The notes: generated by a model not told the origin, from the letters alone. Shown: positions 19,782 to 33,504, counted from the first letter of the stretch. The stretch is DNA of 64,000 bases from an uncultured virus (IMG/VR IMGVR_UViG_3300037483_001817) (IMGVR_UViG_3300037483_001817), one strand, 5' to 3'. Translations and numbers: made by a program.

Positions 19782-20042
19782 TCAGCGAAGTCCGTGCCGC
19801 TGGAGCAGGCGGCGGAAGTTGGTGCGATCGATGCCCGACACGCGGGCACCCTCCGAGACCGAGCCGCCCGCGTTCTCCATCACGCGGACGAGGTAGCGCC
19901 GCTCGAATTCGGCCGCGGCGAGGCGCTTGGCCTCGGTCAGCGGCATCGCCATCAGGGTATCGTCATCGAGTGCCGCCGCCGCGGGGGCGGCAGCCTGATC
20001 GATGACAGCAACCTGGTCGGCGGTGAGTACGAGCTGCTGCAT
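19782..20042 (-). CDS. stand-alone Fis/NtrC-type HTH protein
   Basis: PLTEAKR..FERRYL..GSVSEGARVSGIDRTNFRRLLQRHGLR; no AAA+ domain. Confidence 0.8.
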   Translation of the reverse strand: MQQLVLTADQVAVIDQAAAPAAAALDDDTLMAMPLTEAKRLAAAEFERRYLVRVMENAGGSVSEGARVSGIDRTNFRRLLQRHGLR

Positions 20043-20107
20043 GCGGACGGGTATTGCGTCGCGCGTGCCGATCGCCTTTGAGTCGTAAGGCCGCGAAGGC
20101 AGCGCCT

Positions 20108-20197
20108 GGGTAGATCGTCACCCGTGTCTCGAGCTTCACGCTACGAGCGTGCAGGCCCTTGCAGTGGTGCCCGACATATCCGGGTATTCGGTTACCC
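20108..20197. promoter_or_regulatory. paired GGGTR-N6-YACCC dyads (20108-20123, 20182-20197)
   Basis: Recurrent motif upstream of the HTH gene. Confidence 0.65.
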
Positions 20198-20326
20198 GGG
20201 ACAGCAAGATCGAGCAGAACCCCACGCTGCGCGCGGCCTGGCGACGCGGCCCACGCAACGCAACCACGGACGATCTAGGTGACCATTGCCCGCGCAGTAT
20301 TGCAGCCAGCGATCACGACCCCACTG

Positions 20327-23300
20327 GTTTCAACCCACGCGACCGCAACCAGCGATCGCGACCTGACCTCCAAGTGCCGGACGAACGCCAACTCGGATTG
20401 TTTCAACCCGCGCGACCGCAGATAGCGAATCGCGACTGTGCCAAGACCAACTGCAAAGCCGTTTCAACCCGCACGAAGCGCGAAGCGCAACGCATGACCG
20501 GCGGAGGACAGCGGACGCTGCCGTACGCGTTTCAACCCGCGCGAACGCAAACTTCGTTAGCGATCACGACAGCCGTTACGTTTGCCGTTTCAACGGCGTC
20601 GCAGCGGCCCCGATACAGCAGACGGTTTCAACCCGCGCGAACGCAGCCAGCGATCGCGAACTCATCTCGAAGCTGCTGAGCAACGCCATTTCAACCCGCG
20701 CAACCGCAGCCAGCGATCGCGACGTGCACTCGGCGCCATCGCAGCCGATCCGATCGTTCAGTTTCAACCCACGCGACCGCAGACAGCGGTCGCGACCACG
20801 AGTCCGGGCAAGCCCTCGGGCGGAGGGCGAGGGTTTTCAACCTGCGCGACCGCAGCCAGCGATCGCGACGCGAGATACTCGAGATCGTGCATCATCGTTT
20901 CAACCCGCGCGACCGCAGCCAGCGATCGCGGCCTGCTCGCCGAGCTGGTGGCGAAGCGTGTTGTTGTCCGTTTCAACCCGCGCGACCGCAGCTAGCAATC
21001 GTGACGATACTTCCCTACTACCTGCTGTTTCAACCCGCGCGACCGCAGCCAGCGATCGCGACGCCTCGCCGCATCGCCTGAACGGTGTCGGCCGCCGTGT
21101 TTCAACCCGCGCGACCGCAGCCAGCGGTCGCGACCTCGATGAGAAGTTACCAGCGGCCTTCGTGCTTGCCGTTTCAACCCGCGCGACCGCAGCTGGCGAA
21201 CAGCGACGCTCCTCCTCGGAAACGGCCGGGAGGATGTCCAGGTGGTTTCAACCCACGCGACCGCAGACAGCGATCGCGACCGCTCGCACTCGTGGACGGG
21301 CCGAAGCTCCAGTGGTTTCAACCCGCGCGACCGCAGACAGCGATCGCGACGACGCATTCCTCGACGCGCGGATGGAGATTCGGCTTGTTTCAACCCGCGC
21401 GACCGCAGACAGCGATCGCGACCCTGCCACGAGCCACGGCCAGATCCATGACGCCGGAGTTTCAACCCGCGCGACCGCAGCCAGCGATCGCGACGCCTGT
21501 TGGCGACTTCAACGATACTCACGTCGACGGTGTTTCAACCCTCGCGACCGCAGCCAGCGATCGCGACGCGCAAGAGTGATCGGGTGCGCGCGAAGGTGCA
21601 GTCATTTCAACCCTCGCGACCGCAGACAGCGATTAGCGATTCCCTCAAGCACGAGTTGCTGCATGGCGGGTTTCTTGTTTCAACCCTCGCGTCGGCACCC
21701 TCGTCGTTTCAACCCGCGCGACCGCAGACAGTGATCGCGACACCACGAAGCGAGCCACGCCAGGATCGCGGCACGGCTGCTTCAATCCGCGCGACCGCCG
21801 CCAGCGGTCGCGACAACGCTTCCAAGCCGTGCTTCACGGTGCTGATCTGTCGTTTCAACCCGCGCGACCGCAGACAGCGATCGCGACATCTTCGGGCATT
21901 TTGCGTTGGTCATTCGCCGACGATGTTTCAACCCACGCGACCGCAGACAGCGATCGCGACCCTCCATGCGCAGGACCCCGTGCCTGACTACACGATCGTT
22001 TCAACCCGCGCGACCGCAGACAGCGATCGCGACGCGGCACTGGATCGTTCCCACGTGCAAGGGGTGCAAGTTTCAACCCGCACGACCGCAGACAGCGATC
22101 GCGACGAGCTTCAGAGGTGGGGTTGGCGACTTCGTTTCAACCCGCGCGACCGCAGACAGCGATCGCGACGCCGTGGATGGTCCGCGCGGAGTGGCGGCGG
22201 GACTTGTTTCAACCCGCGCGACCGCAGACAGCGATCGCGACCGTCCGCTGGATCCATGCGCCCGTAGCTTTCGCTGCGTTTCAACCCGCGCGACCGCAGA
22301 CAGCGATCGCGACGACTGCGTTGGTGGTCGCGGACAACGTCCGCGTGATCGTTTCAACCCGCGCGACCGCAGACAGCGCTTCGTGACACGCCTGGAGGCG
22401 CCGTGCAGAAGTTCGTTTCGCTCGTTTCAACCCGCGCGACCGCAGACAGCGTTCGCGACAAGGTGCCGTGGACGGTTGGCTCGCTGCGGATGATGTTTCA
22501 ACCCGCGCAACCGCAGACAGCGATCGCGACCTTTCCGAAGGACCTGGCGGCGGACGTCGAGGAGTTATTTCAGCCAGCGCGACCGCAGACAGCGATCGCG
22601 ACGTTCCACAACCAGCTCGCGATCGAGCCTCTACGGTCGTTTCAACCCGCGCGACCGCAGACAGCGATCGCGACTACTGAGGCCAGTGCCCACCAACAGC
22701 GACCCAAGGGTGTTTCAACCCGCGCGACCGAAGACAGCGATCGCGACCCGGCGTACGTCGATGGCGACGGACGCTTTCGAGTGTTTCAACCCGCGCGACC
22801 GCAGCCAGCGATCGCGAACTCATCTCGAAGCTGCTGGGCAACGCCATTTCAACCCACACGACCGCAGCCAGCAACTACAGGCTTGCGTACCCAGCCGTAC
22901 GCCCGCAGACGTCTAGGTGTTTCAACCCGCGCGATTCGCGATATGCCGCAGATCGCAACCGCAGACAACGATTGCGACAGCTAGTTATCGTCCTCGTCGG
23001 GTTCCTCGCTCTCCTCATTTCAACCCTCGCGACCGCCGCCAACGATCGCGACGCTGCTACTCTTCAATAAGGCTCGGCCTCCCATCGTTTCAACCCACGC
23101 GACCGCCGCCAACGATCGCGACGCCATCTCAGGGCACCTCAGCGTCCTTGTTTGTTTGTTTCAACCCGCGCAACCGCAGCCAACGATCGCGACCTGCTCG
23201 CCGAGCAGGCAGTGAAGCGTGTTGTTGTCCGTTTCAACCCGCGAGACGCAGCCAGCGCTCGGAACTCAAGCCAGCGTCGTCGCAACCTCAAGGTCGTAGC

Positions 23301-26300
23301 CGTTTCAACCCGTGCGACCACAGCCAGCGATCGGCCATGGTCCTCGCGACTACGCTGGTTCCCGATCACGTAGTTTGTTTCAACCCGCGCGACCACGGCC
23401 AGTGATCGCGACCTTGTAGCTCGCGCGCGATCTCGAGCAGCGTCCGCGCTATAGGCATCCACTGCACGTTGGTTTCAACCCGCGCGACCGCGACCGCAGT
23501 CGCGACCTGAATCCGCTCCGGGGGATTCTCTGGCACGCCGCGTTTCAACCCGCGCGACCGCAGCCAGCGATCGCAACTGGCTGACGTACGTCGCGTTCAC
23601 GTTGTGGGAGCTGTTTCAAGCTGCGCGATCACGGACAACGATCGCGATGACAAGCTTCCATCCAGCTTCCTGATTGGTGTTTCAACCCGCGCGACCGCGG
23701 ACAACGGCCACGACGCCGCAAATCACGATCATGGATACGCCGATCGAGCCGTTTCAACCTGCGCAACCGCAGTCAGCAATCGCGACCGGCGGCACGCCGG
23801 TCGACTGGATCGTCAATGACGTGTTTGTTTCAACCCGCGCGACCGCAGTCAGCGATCGCGACACTACTCGTCAAGGATCTCGGCTCGCCGACATGGCGGT
23901 TTCAATCCGCGCGACCGCAGCCAGCGATCGCGACGTGACAGAGCGTTCGTTTCAACCCGCGCGACCGCAGCCAGTGATCGCGACTCAAGCCCAGCTACCT
24001 CGGTCGCATGCTCGCGTTCGTTTCAACTCGCGCGACCGCAGACAGCGATCGCAGCGCTTCCGAGCGTCTCGTACGCCTCCTTCATTCGGCGGTTTTTCAA
24101 GCCCGCGCAATCACAGCCAGCTATCACGATCTGGAGGACGTTGCCTGCGAGGGAGAGACCGGTGACGTTTCAACCCGCGCGACCGCAGCCAGCGCTCGCG
24201 ACTCTCCGAGGCCGGGGAGTTTTTACTCGCGCGGCCCGCAGCCCGTGATCGCGACCCCACGCAGCCGAGGAAAGTCCACGGCCATGTCTTCGTTTCAACC
24301 CGCGCCACGTCACCGACAGCTCGTCGCGATTGCTGGCCGTGGCCGTGGTCGCGCGACTTCGCGCAGAGCTGTTTCAACCCACGCGACCGCAGACAGCGAT
24401 CGCGACTTTCCTCAGCGGCATTGCAGCTGTCGCTGGCATCGCGTTTCAACCCTCGCGACCGCAGCCAGCGATCGCGACGCGTGCGCCGGTCTCGGGTACT
24501 GGCTCTACCGGTTGGTTTCAACCTGCACGACCGCAGCCAGCGATCGCGACGGGCCATCTCGCAAACGGCGCGTCGTGACGCGTCGTCGTTTCAACCCGCG
24601 CAACCGCAGCCAGTGATCGCGACGATCTTGCGAGCTTCAGAGGTGGGTTGGCGACTTCGTTTAAACCCGCGCGACCGCAGACAGCGATCGCGACGTTCCT
24701 CGGCACCGTGCCGACGATCGATGTTCACGTGTGTGTTTGTTTGTTTCAACCCGCGCGACCGCAGACAGCGATCGCGACGCCACCTTCGATCGCGCAGACA
24801 TCGCGCATACGGTCGTTTCAACCCGCGCGACCGCAGATAGCGATCGCGACTCTTGAGCTCGCGCTCGTCGGCATCGGTGCCGCCGGGTTTCAACCCGCGC
24901 GACCGCAGACAGCGATCGCGACGTACACCTCCGCATCCACAACAGGCAGGTTTCAACCCACGCGACAGCAGACAGCAATCAGCGATCGCGACACGTCATC
25001 GAGCACTTGCCGTGGGGACGAGACCTCGTGTTTCAACCCGCGCGCCCGCAGCCAGCGGTCGCGACCTTCAACCTCAAGACACTGAGCCAGCACGCCAATC
25101 TCGTTTCAACCGCGCGACAACAGCCTGCGATAGCAGTCAGCGGTCGCGATTGTTGCCGTGCATCACGAGCAGTTTCAACCCGCGCGACCGCAGCCAGCAG
25201 TCGCGACCATCATCGGCGGCATCGTGGCGGTTGCGGGCCTCGCGTTTCAACCCACGCGACCGCAGCGGTCGCGACTTTTGTTTTCCGGCCTCCAACGTGG
25301 TGATCAGTTTCAACCCGCGCAACCGCAGCCAGCACTCGCGACACGCACCGATGATATCGGCTCGTGCTCGTTCGCGCCGGTTCAACCCGCGCGACCGCAG
25401 CCAGCGGTCGCGACCTGACCGGCCGAGATCGTAATCTCGGGAGAGATCACCTGGTTTCAACCCGCGCGACCGCAGCCAGCGGTCACGACCCGCACCATCG
25501 AGGTTCAACCCACGCGACCGCAGACAGTGATCGCGACCTCCTTCTTCGGTGGGGGCGGGGTCGGGTCGACGTTGTTTCAACCCGCGCGACCACAGACAGC
25601 GATCGCGACGCGCGTAATAGCCGCGCCCCAACTCACGTCGGGGTTTCAACCCGCGCGACCGCAAACAGCGATCGCGACTGGTACAGTCAATAGGTGTCGC
25701 TCCACGACTTCTACGTTTCAACCAGCGCGACCGCAGACGTCGATCGCGACGTGGCGCTCGGAGTCGATGAGGCTAGGATTCGCAGCGTTTCAACCCGCGC
25801 GACCGCAGACAGCGCTCGCGACTCTCGATCGCGAGTCCCTTGTTTCAACCCGCGCGACCGCAGACAACACACGCAACACGCAACACGACCTCGCCAGGAT
25901 GTTGACGCTGAGCCGTTTCAACCCGCGCGAACGCAGACAGCGATCGCGACGGAACAACAGACCGTCGGGTGCGGAGGTCGTGCTGTTTCAACCCGCGCGA
26001 CAGACAGCGATCGCGACATCCGAAGTCATCGCCGTTCTGCCGCTTGATCAGCCAGTTTCAACCCGCGCGACCGCAGACAGCGAATCGCGACTCGAGCGCG
26101 TGCACGACCTGCTCGCGTTTCAATCCGCGCGACCGCAGACAGCGATCGCGACCTCCGATTCCGATGCCCAAGCCTCGCTTGGTTTCAACCCGCGCAACCG
26201 CAGAGATCGCGACCTGCCTCACTGCGCGCCAGGATGTTATCCCGCTTGGCGTTTCAACCCAAGCGACCGCAGCCAGTGATCGCGACGATCGGCGTGGCAA

Positions 26301-29300
26301 CGGAGTTCCTCCCGCTGTTCACGTTTCAACCCGCGCGATCACAGCCAGTGGCCGAGCTGGGTACGCCCCGAGCCATGGCCAGATCCATGATGCCGGCGTT
26401 TCAACCCACGCGACAGCAGCCAGTGATCGCGACCATTAGGGCCTTCAGCATTTGAGGCGGCATGCTCGGCATTTCAACCCGCGCAACCGCAGCCAGCGAT
26501 CGCGACGACCTCGGGACCGCAGAACGTCGCACGGTTTCAACCCGCGCGACCGCAGACAGCGATCGCGACAATAGTTCTGCGGCAGGCCGCTGTCGCTGAG
26601 CTTCTTGTTTCAACCCGCGCGACCGCAGACAGCGATCGCGACAAGCCAGCACTTCGTGTGGTCCACACGCGTCGGATGTTTGTTTCAACCCGCGCGACCG
26701 CAAACAGCGATCGTGACGTTGCGCTACCGGCGCTTAACCCTTTGGACATGCCGGTTTCAACCCGCGCGACCGCAGACAGCGATCGCGATGGCGAGCCCTT
26801 CAGCACTTCAGGCGCGATGTCGCGGTTTCAACCCGCGCGACCGCAGACAGCGATCGCGACCTCTCCACCTTTCTTCAAGCTGCGCGACGCGAAGAGTTTC
26901 AACCCACGCGACCGCAGACAGCGATCGCGACTCCAGCGTGTCCAGGACGCCGAGGCCCAACGTGATGTTTGTTTCAAACCGCGCGACCGCAGACAGCGAT
27001 CGCGACCGTGGCTTTCACGCATTGTGCAGGTTGCGGCGCGTTTCAACCCGCGCGACCGCAGACAGCGATCGCGACGGCGGCAAGAAGTGGGGCACGCTTC
27101 GCTGGACCCCGGTTTCAACCCGCGCGACCCGCAGACAGCGATCACGCCTCGCGCTAGCCATCGTCTCGCGCGAAGTTATCGATCTGTTTCAACCCGCGCG
27201 ACCGCGCGACCGCAGACAGCGATCGCGACCGTCGATACCAGCGCGAGGCTACCGAGCCCGAGGACCCTCGAACACGCGCACGGCCTGTCGCGATCACTAT
27301 CTGCGATCGCGACCAGCTATTCCCGACCCTGACCTCGCGGTCGTAGGATGTTTCAACCCGCGCGACCGCAGACAGCGATCGCGACGATCCGATCTCGGCG
27401 CCAATCGAATTTACGCGTCAGGTTTCAACCCGCGCGACCCGCAGACAGCGATCGCGACCAGCTCGACGTCCGCTAGTGGGGCCAGTCCCCAACGGTTTCA
27501 ACCCGCGCGACCGCAGACAGCGATCGCGACCTCAGGGAGGAGCAGCAGGTCTGGCGCGTCGGTCATGTTTCAACCCGCGCGACCGCAGACAGCGATCGCG
27601 ACGAGCCCAGAGGCGCCATCGCCCGATGCTTCCGGTCGTTTCAACTCGCGCGACCGCAGACAGCGATCGTGACGCTGATCAGCACGACGTCGTCAGCGGT
27701 CGGGTCACTGTTTCAACCCACGCGACCGCAGACAGCGATCGCGATACTCCAGATTTGCGTGCGCAATGAGTTGGGCCGTGGGTTTCAACCCGCGCGACCG
27801 CAGACAACGATCGCGACGAGCTTCGACCTCGATCTCGCGGGTGACATGGAGTTCGTTTCAACCCGCGCGACCGCAGACAGCGATCGCGACGACCGGGTTG
27901 CAGCAGGCATCCTCTCGGTCGAGGTGGTTTCAACCCGCGCGACCGCAGACAACGATCGCGACGTGTGCGGACGCCAGTCGGGCTCGTGATAGAGACGGTT
28001 TCAACCCGCGCGACAGCAGACAGCGATCGCGACAATCCCCTGGCGCATCGGAAACGACGGCGTGCTTTTGTTTCAACCCGCGCGACCGCAGATAGCGATC
28101 GCGACAAGCTTTCACCGCCTCGCGGGGTCGGTGTTGCCCACATGTTTCAACCTGCGCGACCGCAGACAGCGATCGCGACCTGTCATGGGGGCATTCCTAG
28201 GGCTGGGAGTTTTCGAGTTTCAACCCGCGCGACCGCAGACAGCGATCGCGACACTTTGGATCGCCGACGATCCCGTAGTGCCTCTCGAGGTTTCAATCCG
28301 CGCGACCGCAGACAGCGATCGCGACGCGCTTGCCAACCATCTTCGCTGGGGTCGTGACGCTGTTTCAACCCGCGCGACCGCAGACATCGATCGCGACCTC
28401 CTGGGTTGACCCCTCGCGCGACGGCCGAGATCAAGTTTCAACCCGCGCGACCGCAGACAGCGATCGCGACGCCCCTTGATGCTCGCCCCGCCGCCGATCG
28501 CCGCATAGTTTCAACCCGCGCGACCGCAGACAGCGATCGCGACCTGGTGCGGTAAAAAAAGCTGCCACCGTCTGGAGTTGTTTCAACCCGCGCGACCGCA
28601 GACAGCGATCGCGACGTCGATGATCTCGTCGACGTACCTCTCTTCATGCGCGTTTCAACCCGCGCGACCGCAGACAGCGATCGCAACTTCCGGTCAACGC
28701 TTCCCTCGCGTAGCTCACGTCGTTTCAACCCGCGCGACCGCAGACAGCGATCGCGACGCGGACAAGTGCGTCCTTTGGGCGCCGGTTGTTTCAACCCGCG
28801 CGACCGCAGACAGCGATCACGACCCGCCGGCTGCTTCAGATACGCCATCGCGGTCGGCCAGTTTTAACCCGCGCGACCGCAGACAGCGATCGCGACCCTC
28901 TTGAGGCCGCTCCTGCGATACGAGTCCGAGGTATTTCAACCCGCGCGACCGCAGACAGCGATCGCGACACTCACTTCGACGGAGAACAAGGAGCTTCGCG
29001 AAACGTTTCAACCTGCGCGACCGCAGACAGCGATCGCGACCGGATTTGACAGAGCAGTCTCGTCGGCGTAACTCTGTTTCAACCCGCGCGACCGCAGCCA
29101 GCGATCGCGACCGTACCCAACCCCGGCGCCACGAGCTGATAACTCGTGTTTCAACCCGCGCGACCGCAGACAGCGATCGCGACTGTTGGTGTTTCGCCCG
29201 GGTCGTCGGTGAGCAGTCGCTTGTTTCAACCCGCGCGACCGCAGACAGCGATCGCGACCTGCCGCTGATCCTCGCCGGTGATACGCCTGCTATTGGTTTA

Positions 29301-32300
29301 AACCCGCGCGACAGCAGACAGCGTTCGCGACGCCGTGCCGACCAGCGCCCAGCCAAGACCTGCGTTGGTTTCAACCCGCGCGACCGCAGACAGCGATCGC
29401 GACATCACCATCGCTCTGGCCACGCCCGACGGACTCGATGTTTCAACCCGCGCGACCGCAGACAGCGATCGCGACCCGGCCGGCATGCTTTGTGGCGGAG
29501 AGCGTAGGAATCGTTTCAACCCGCGCGACCGCAGACAGCGATCGCCACCGTCCTCGACGGTCCCAACAATACACATCGGAGTTTGTTACAACCCGCGCGA
29601 CCGCAGACAGCGATCGCGACTCCGTCGATCGAGACACGGGGCTCCGAGGGAGAGTTGTTTCAACCCGCGCGACCGCAGACAGCGATCGCGACGGCGGCCG
29701 TTGGGCGCGCCTGCGGATCCGTCTGAATGTTTCAACCCGCGCGACCGCAGACAGCGATCGCGACGAGAGGGTGCTCCACGCGATGTCGTACGCCTCGTCA
29801 ACGTTTCAACCCGCGCGACCGCAGACAGCGATCGCGACCAGCCAGAGCGGGGGTCCTCGCTGCGAGCTCACCGATGTTTCAACCCGCGCGACCGCAGACA
29901 GCGATCGCGACTCGGCATGGTGACGATCTCCGTCGTTCACGACCTGTCGTTTCAACCCGCGCGACCGCAGACAGCGATCGCGACCTGGCGTTGACCGGAT
30001 GGGGAGGAGAACGTCCGACGGTTTCAACCCGCGCGACCGCAGACAGCGATCGCGACGAGCGGTCTCCGCTACGACCGGTTGCAGCATCAGGTGGTTTCAA
30101 CCCGCGCGACCGCAGACAGAGATCGCGACGGCAGTTCACGATGCGGACGTGCCCGTTCGCGAGGTTGACGTTTCAACCCGCGCGACCGCAGACAGCGATC
30201 GCGACAGCTGCGACTGCGGTCCGGTTAGAGTCACGTGGTGCTGTTTCAACCCGCGCGACCGCCGACAGTGATCGCGACTCGCCGCCTTGCGCCCCAACAT
30301 TGAGGAAATTCATGTCGTTTCAACCCGCGCGACCGCAGACAGCGATCGCGACAAGCCGTCGTTTCTTCATGTCACGGCATTACGGCCTGTTTAAACCCGC
30401 GCGACCGCAGACAGCGATCGCGACTGGAGTCGGACTTCCCGGTCGAGGGCTGGTGCCACTGTTTCAACCCGCGCGACCGCAGACAGAGAGATCGCGACGT
30501 CTTGCGTCGTCCTCATCGACGCGGTGGTGTCACAGTTTCAACCCGCGCGACCGCAGACAGCGATCGCGACCCGATATAGCGGGACATCTCAGCCGCCTCC
30601 GCTGGGGGTTTCAACCCGCGCGACCGCAGCCAGCGATCGCGACGCGGCCGTGCCCTCGGGCCGCAGGACGATCTCGACGTTTCAACCCGCGCGACCGTAG
30701 ACAGCGATCGCGACCTGGGCCAGGACTTCGCCGCCACTCTCGGTGTGAGGGTTTCAACCCGCGCGACCGCAGACAGCGATCGCAACATACGCGTGCCCAT
30801 GTAGCGAGGGGCAAGTGGGACGATTCAACCCGCGCGACCGCAGACAGCGATCGCGACCGGCCGCCAGGATCCCGCCGAGTCCGGCGTGGTAAACGTTTCA
30901 ACCCGCGCGACCGCAGACAGCGATCGCGACCGGAGCGAGACCTCGACACGGCCAGCGGCGGCGTTGTTTCAACCCGCGCGACCGCAGACAGCGATCGCGA
31001 CGGGGTCGCAACTGTCGACTGACTGATAGTGTCCGGTTTCAACCCGCGCGACCGCAGACAGCGATCGCGACTTCCGGTCGCGTCGTCGACGATCTGGGCA
31101 GCAACCCTGTTTCAACCCGCGCGACCGCAGACAGCGATCTCGGCCCGATATAGCGGGACATCTCAGCCGCCTCCGCCGGGGATTTCAACCCGCGCGACCG
31201 CAGATAGCGATCGCGACCTGCGCGCTCGACTCCGCGGCTGCACTCATCGGGCAGTTTCCACCCGCGCGACCGCAGACAGCGATCGCGACCGCCGCCAACG
31301 CGAATCACCAACGGCGTTTGCAGGCAGTTTCAACCCGCGCGACCGCAGACAGCGATCGCGACAGGCCACCAGAAGGGCCTCAAGTAGCAACTCAAGGTTG
31401 TTTCAACCCGTCGTCCGCCTCAAGCCCGAGTGGATCTGGTTTCAACCCGCGCGACCGCAGACAGCGATCGCGACGTACCCCACCCACGGCGCCGCGAGTT
31501 ACAGCCCGCGGTTTCAACCCGCGCGACCGCAGACAGCGATCGCGACGGTCTTCCGACCAGGCTCGGCGTCGCTTGGACGACGGTTTCAACCCGCGCGACC
31601 GCAGACAGCGATCGCGACCTGGAGTCGGACTTCCCGGTCGCGGGCTGGTGCCACTGTTTCAACCCGCGCGACCGCAGACAGCGATCGCGACGTCCTCCCC
31701 GTCGCGAGCTTCGTCCTCGTCGGCGGTGTTTCAACCCGCGCGACCGCAGACAGCGATCGCGACCCGTGGATGGTCCGCGCGGAGTGGCGGCGGGACTTGT
31801 TTCAACCCGCGCGACCGCAGACAGCGATCGCGACCGTTGATTCGTTGTTGCGCTGTTCGCGCTTCTGCCTGTTTCAACCCGCGCGACCGCAGACAGCGAT
31901 CGCGACGCCGTCCGTGATCTCGATTGTCTTGCTGAGCGCGTTGTTTCAACCCGCGCGACCGCAGACAGCGATCACGACGTCGTGAACTCGTGCCGTCGCA
32001 ACACACAAACGAGCTGTTTCAACCCGCGCGACCGCAGACAGCGATCGCGACGCGCAACTTGAATCAGGCGAGGGCCACGTCCCAGTCGTTTCAACCCGCG
32101 CGACCGCAGACAGCGATCGCGACAGTCTCCGCGCAAGATCGGCGGACGAGTTGAGTACGTGTTTCAACCCGCGCGACCGCAGACAGCGATCGCGACTCGC
32201 TCAACCAAGCCGCAAATGAAGCGCTGTTTCTTGGTTTCAACCCGCGCGACCGCAGACAGCGATCGCGACGGCGTCGTAGAGCGGGCGCAGGTGGGGTGCG

Positions 32301-33504
32301 GCGTTGTTTCAACCCGCGCGACCGCAGACAGCGATCGCGACCCTGCTTCGCCCACGTCGGCGCGAATGCGTCTTGATGTTTCAACCCGCGCGACCGCAGA
32401 CAGCGATCGCGACGAGCGCGTCGATACAGAGCTCAAGGCACTCGGTCTGGTTTCAACCCGCGCGACCGCAGACAGCGATCGCGACCTGCGAGGCTCACGG
32501 CGTGCCCACGATCACTGACTACGTTTCAACCCGCGCGACCGCAGACAGCGATCGCGACGTGTTCTCCGCCTGGCTCGCGAGCTTGCGCATGTTCGTTTCA
32601 ACCCGCGCGACCGCAGACAGCGATCGCGACACCTTCGAGGCCGACGCTGAGACACTGACTACACTTGTTTCAACCCGCGCGACCGCAGACAGCGATCGCG
32701 ACACCGATCGACTCATCGCGTGGGCCAGCTATCAGGGCTGGTTTCAACCTGCGCGACCGCAGACAGCGATCGCGACGTCGGCTGAACAACCAGAATCGAG
32801 CTCGGGTCCTGATGTTTCAACCCGCGCGACCGCAGACAGCGATCGCGACGACGATCAAGGCGGTGCTTCTTGCCTGGGACGTCTGGTTTCAACCCGCGCG
32901 ACCGCAGACAGCGATCGCGACCTTCCGATCGAGATCATCGGAGCGCAAGCGTGGTGGTTTCAACCCGCGCGACCGCAGACAGCGATCGCGACTCGCCGAC
33001 CGTCGGCGGGTAGCCCTCGCGCTGCTCGTTGTTTCAACCCGCGCGACCGCAGACAGCGATCGCGACCAGTTCGGATCGTCATACCAGAGCGTCCAGAGCT
33101 CGTGGTTTCAACCCGCGCGACCGCAGACAGCGATCGCGACGTGCCAAGGTACGGTCGTGGTGGCCGAGCCGGCTGCTGTTTCAACCCGCGCGACCGCAGA
33201 CAGCGATCGCGACTCGGCGCGACATCGGCGACCGCGCACCGTCCGCGGCGTTTCAACCCGCGCGACCGCAGACAGCGATCGCGACGGCGGCGCGTACCAC
33301 AAGGTCACGTGGGACGAGTGGCAGTTTCAACCCGCGCGACCGCAGACAGCGATCGCGACCTCACTGGGGCAGCGAGGACAGTATTCGGTGGTATTTGTTT
33401 CAACCCGCGCGACCGCAGACAGCGATCGCGACACGTGCGATCGGTGCAGCTCACGAGCGCCACCCGTTGTTTCAACCCGCGCGACCGCAGACAGCGATCG
33501 CGAC
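20327..33504 (-). CRISPR. large type I-C-like CRISPR array, roughly 180 repeats (estimate)
   Basis: 36-nt repeat GTCGCGATCGCTGTCTGCGGTCGCGCGGGTTGAAAC (minus strand) with 9-bp stem and 3' GAAAC; ~34-38 nt spacers; perfect near 33504, degenerate toward 20327; partial repeat at 20302-20319. Confidence 0.99.

Noticed and set aside
9640..20042. Integron cassette array
   Set aside because: Genes overlap at stop/start codons leaving no room for attC sites, and the recombinase was not recognisable as IntI
20327..33504. Self-targeting spacers
   Set aside because: No match noticed by eye within the window; an exhaustive BLAST was not possible, so this is untested rather than excluded
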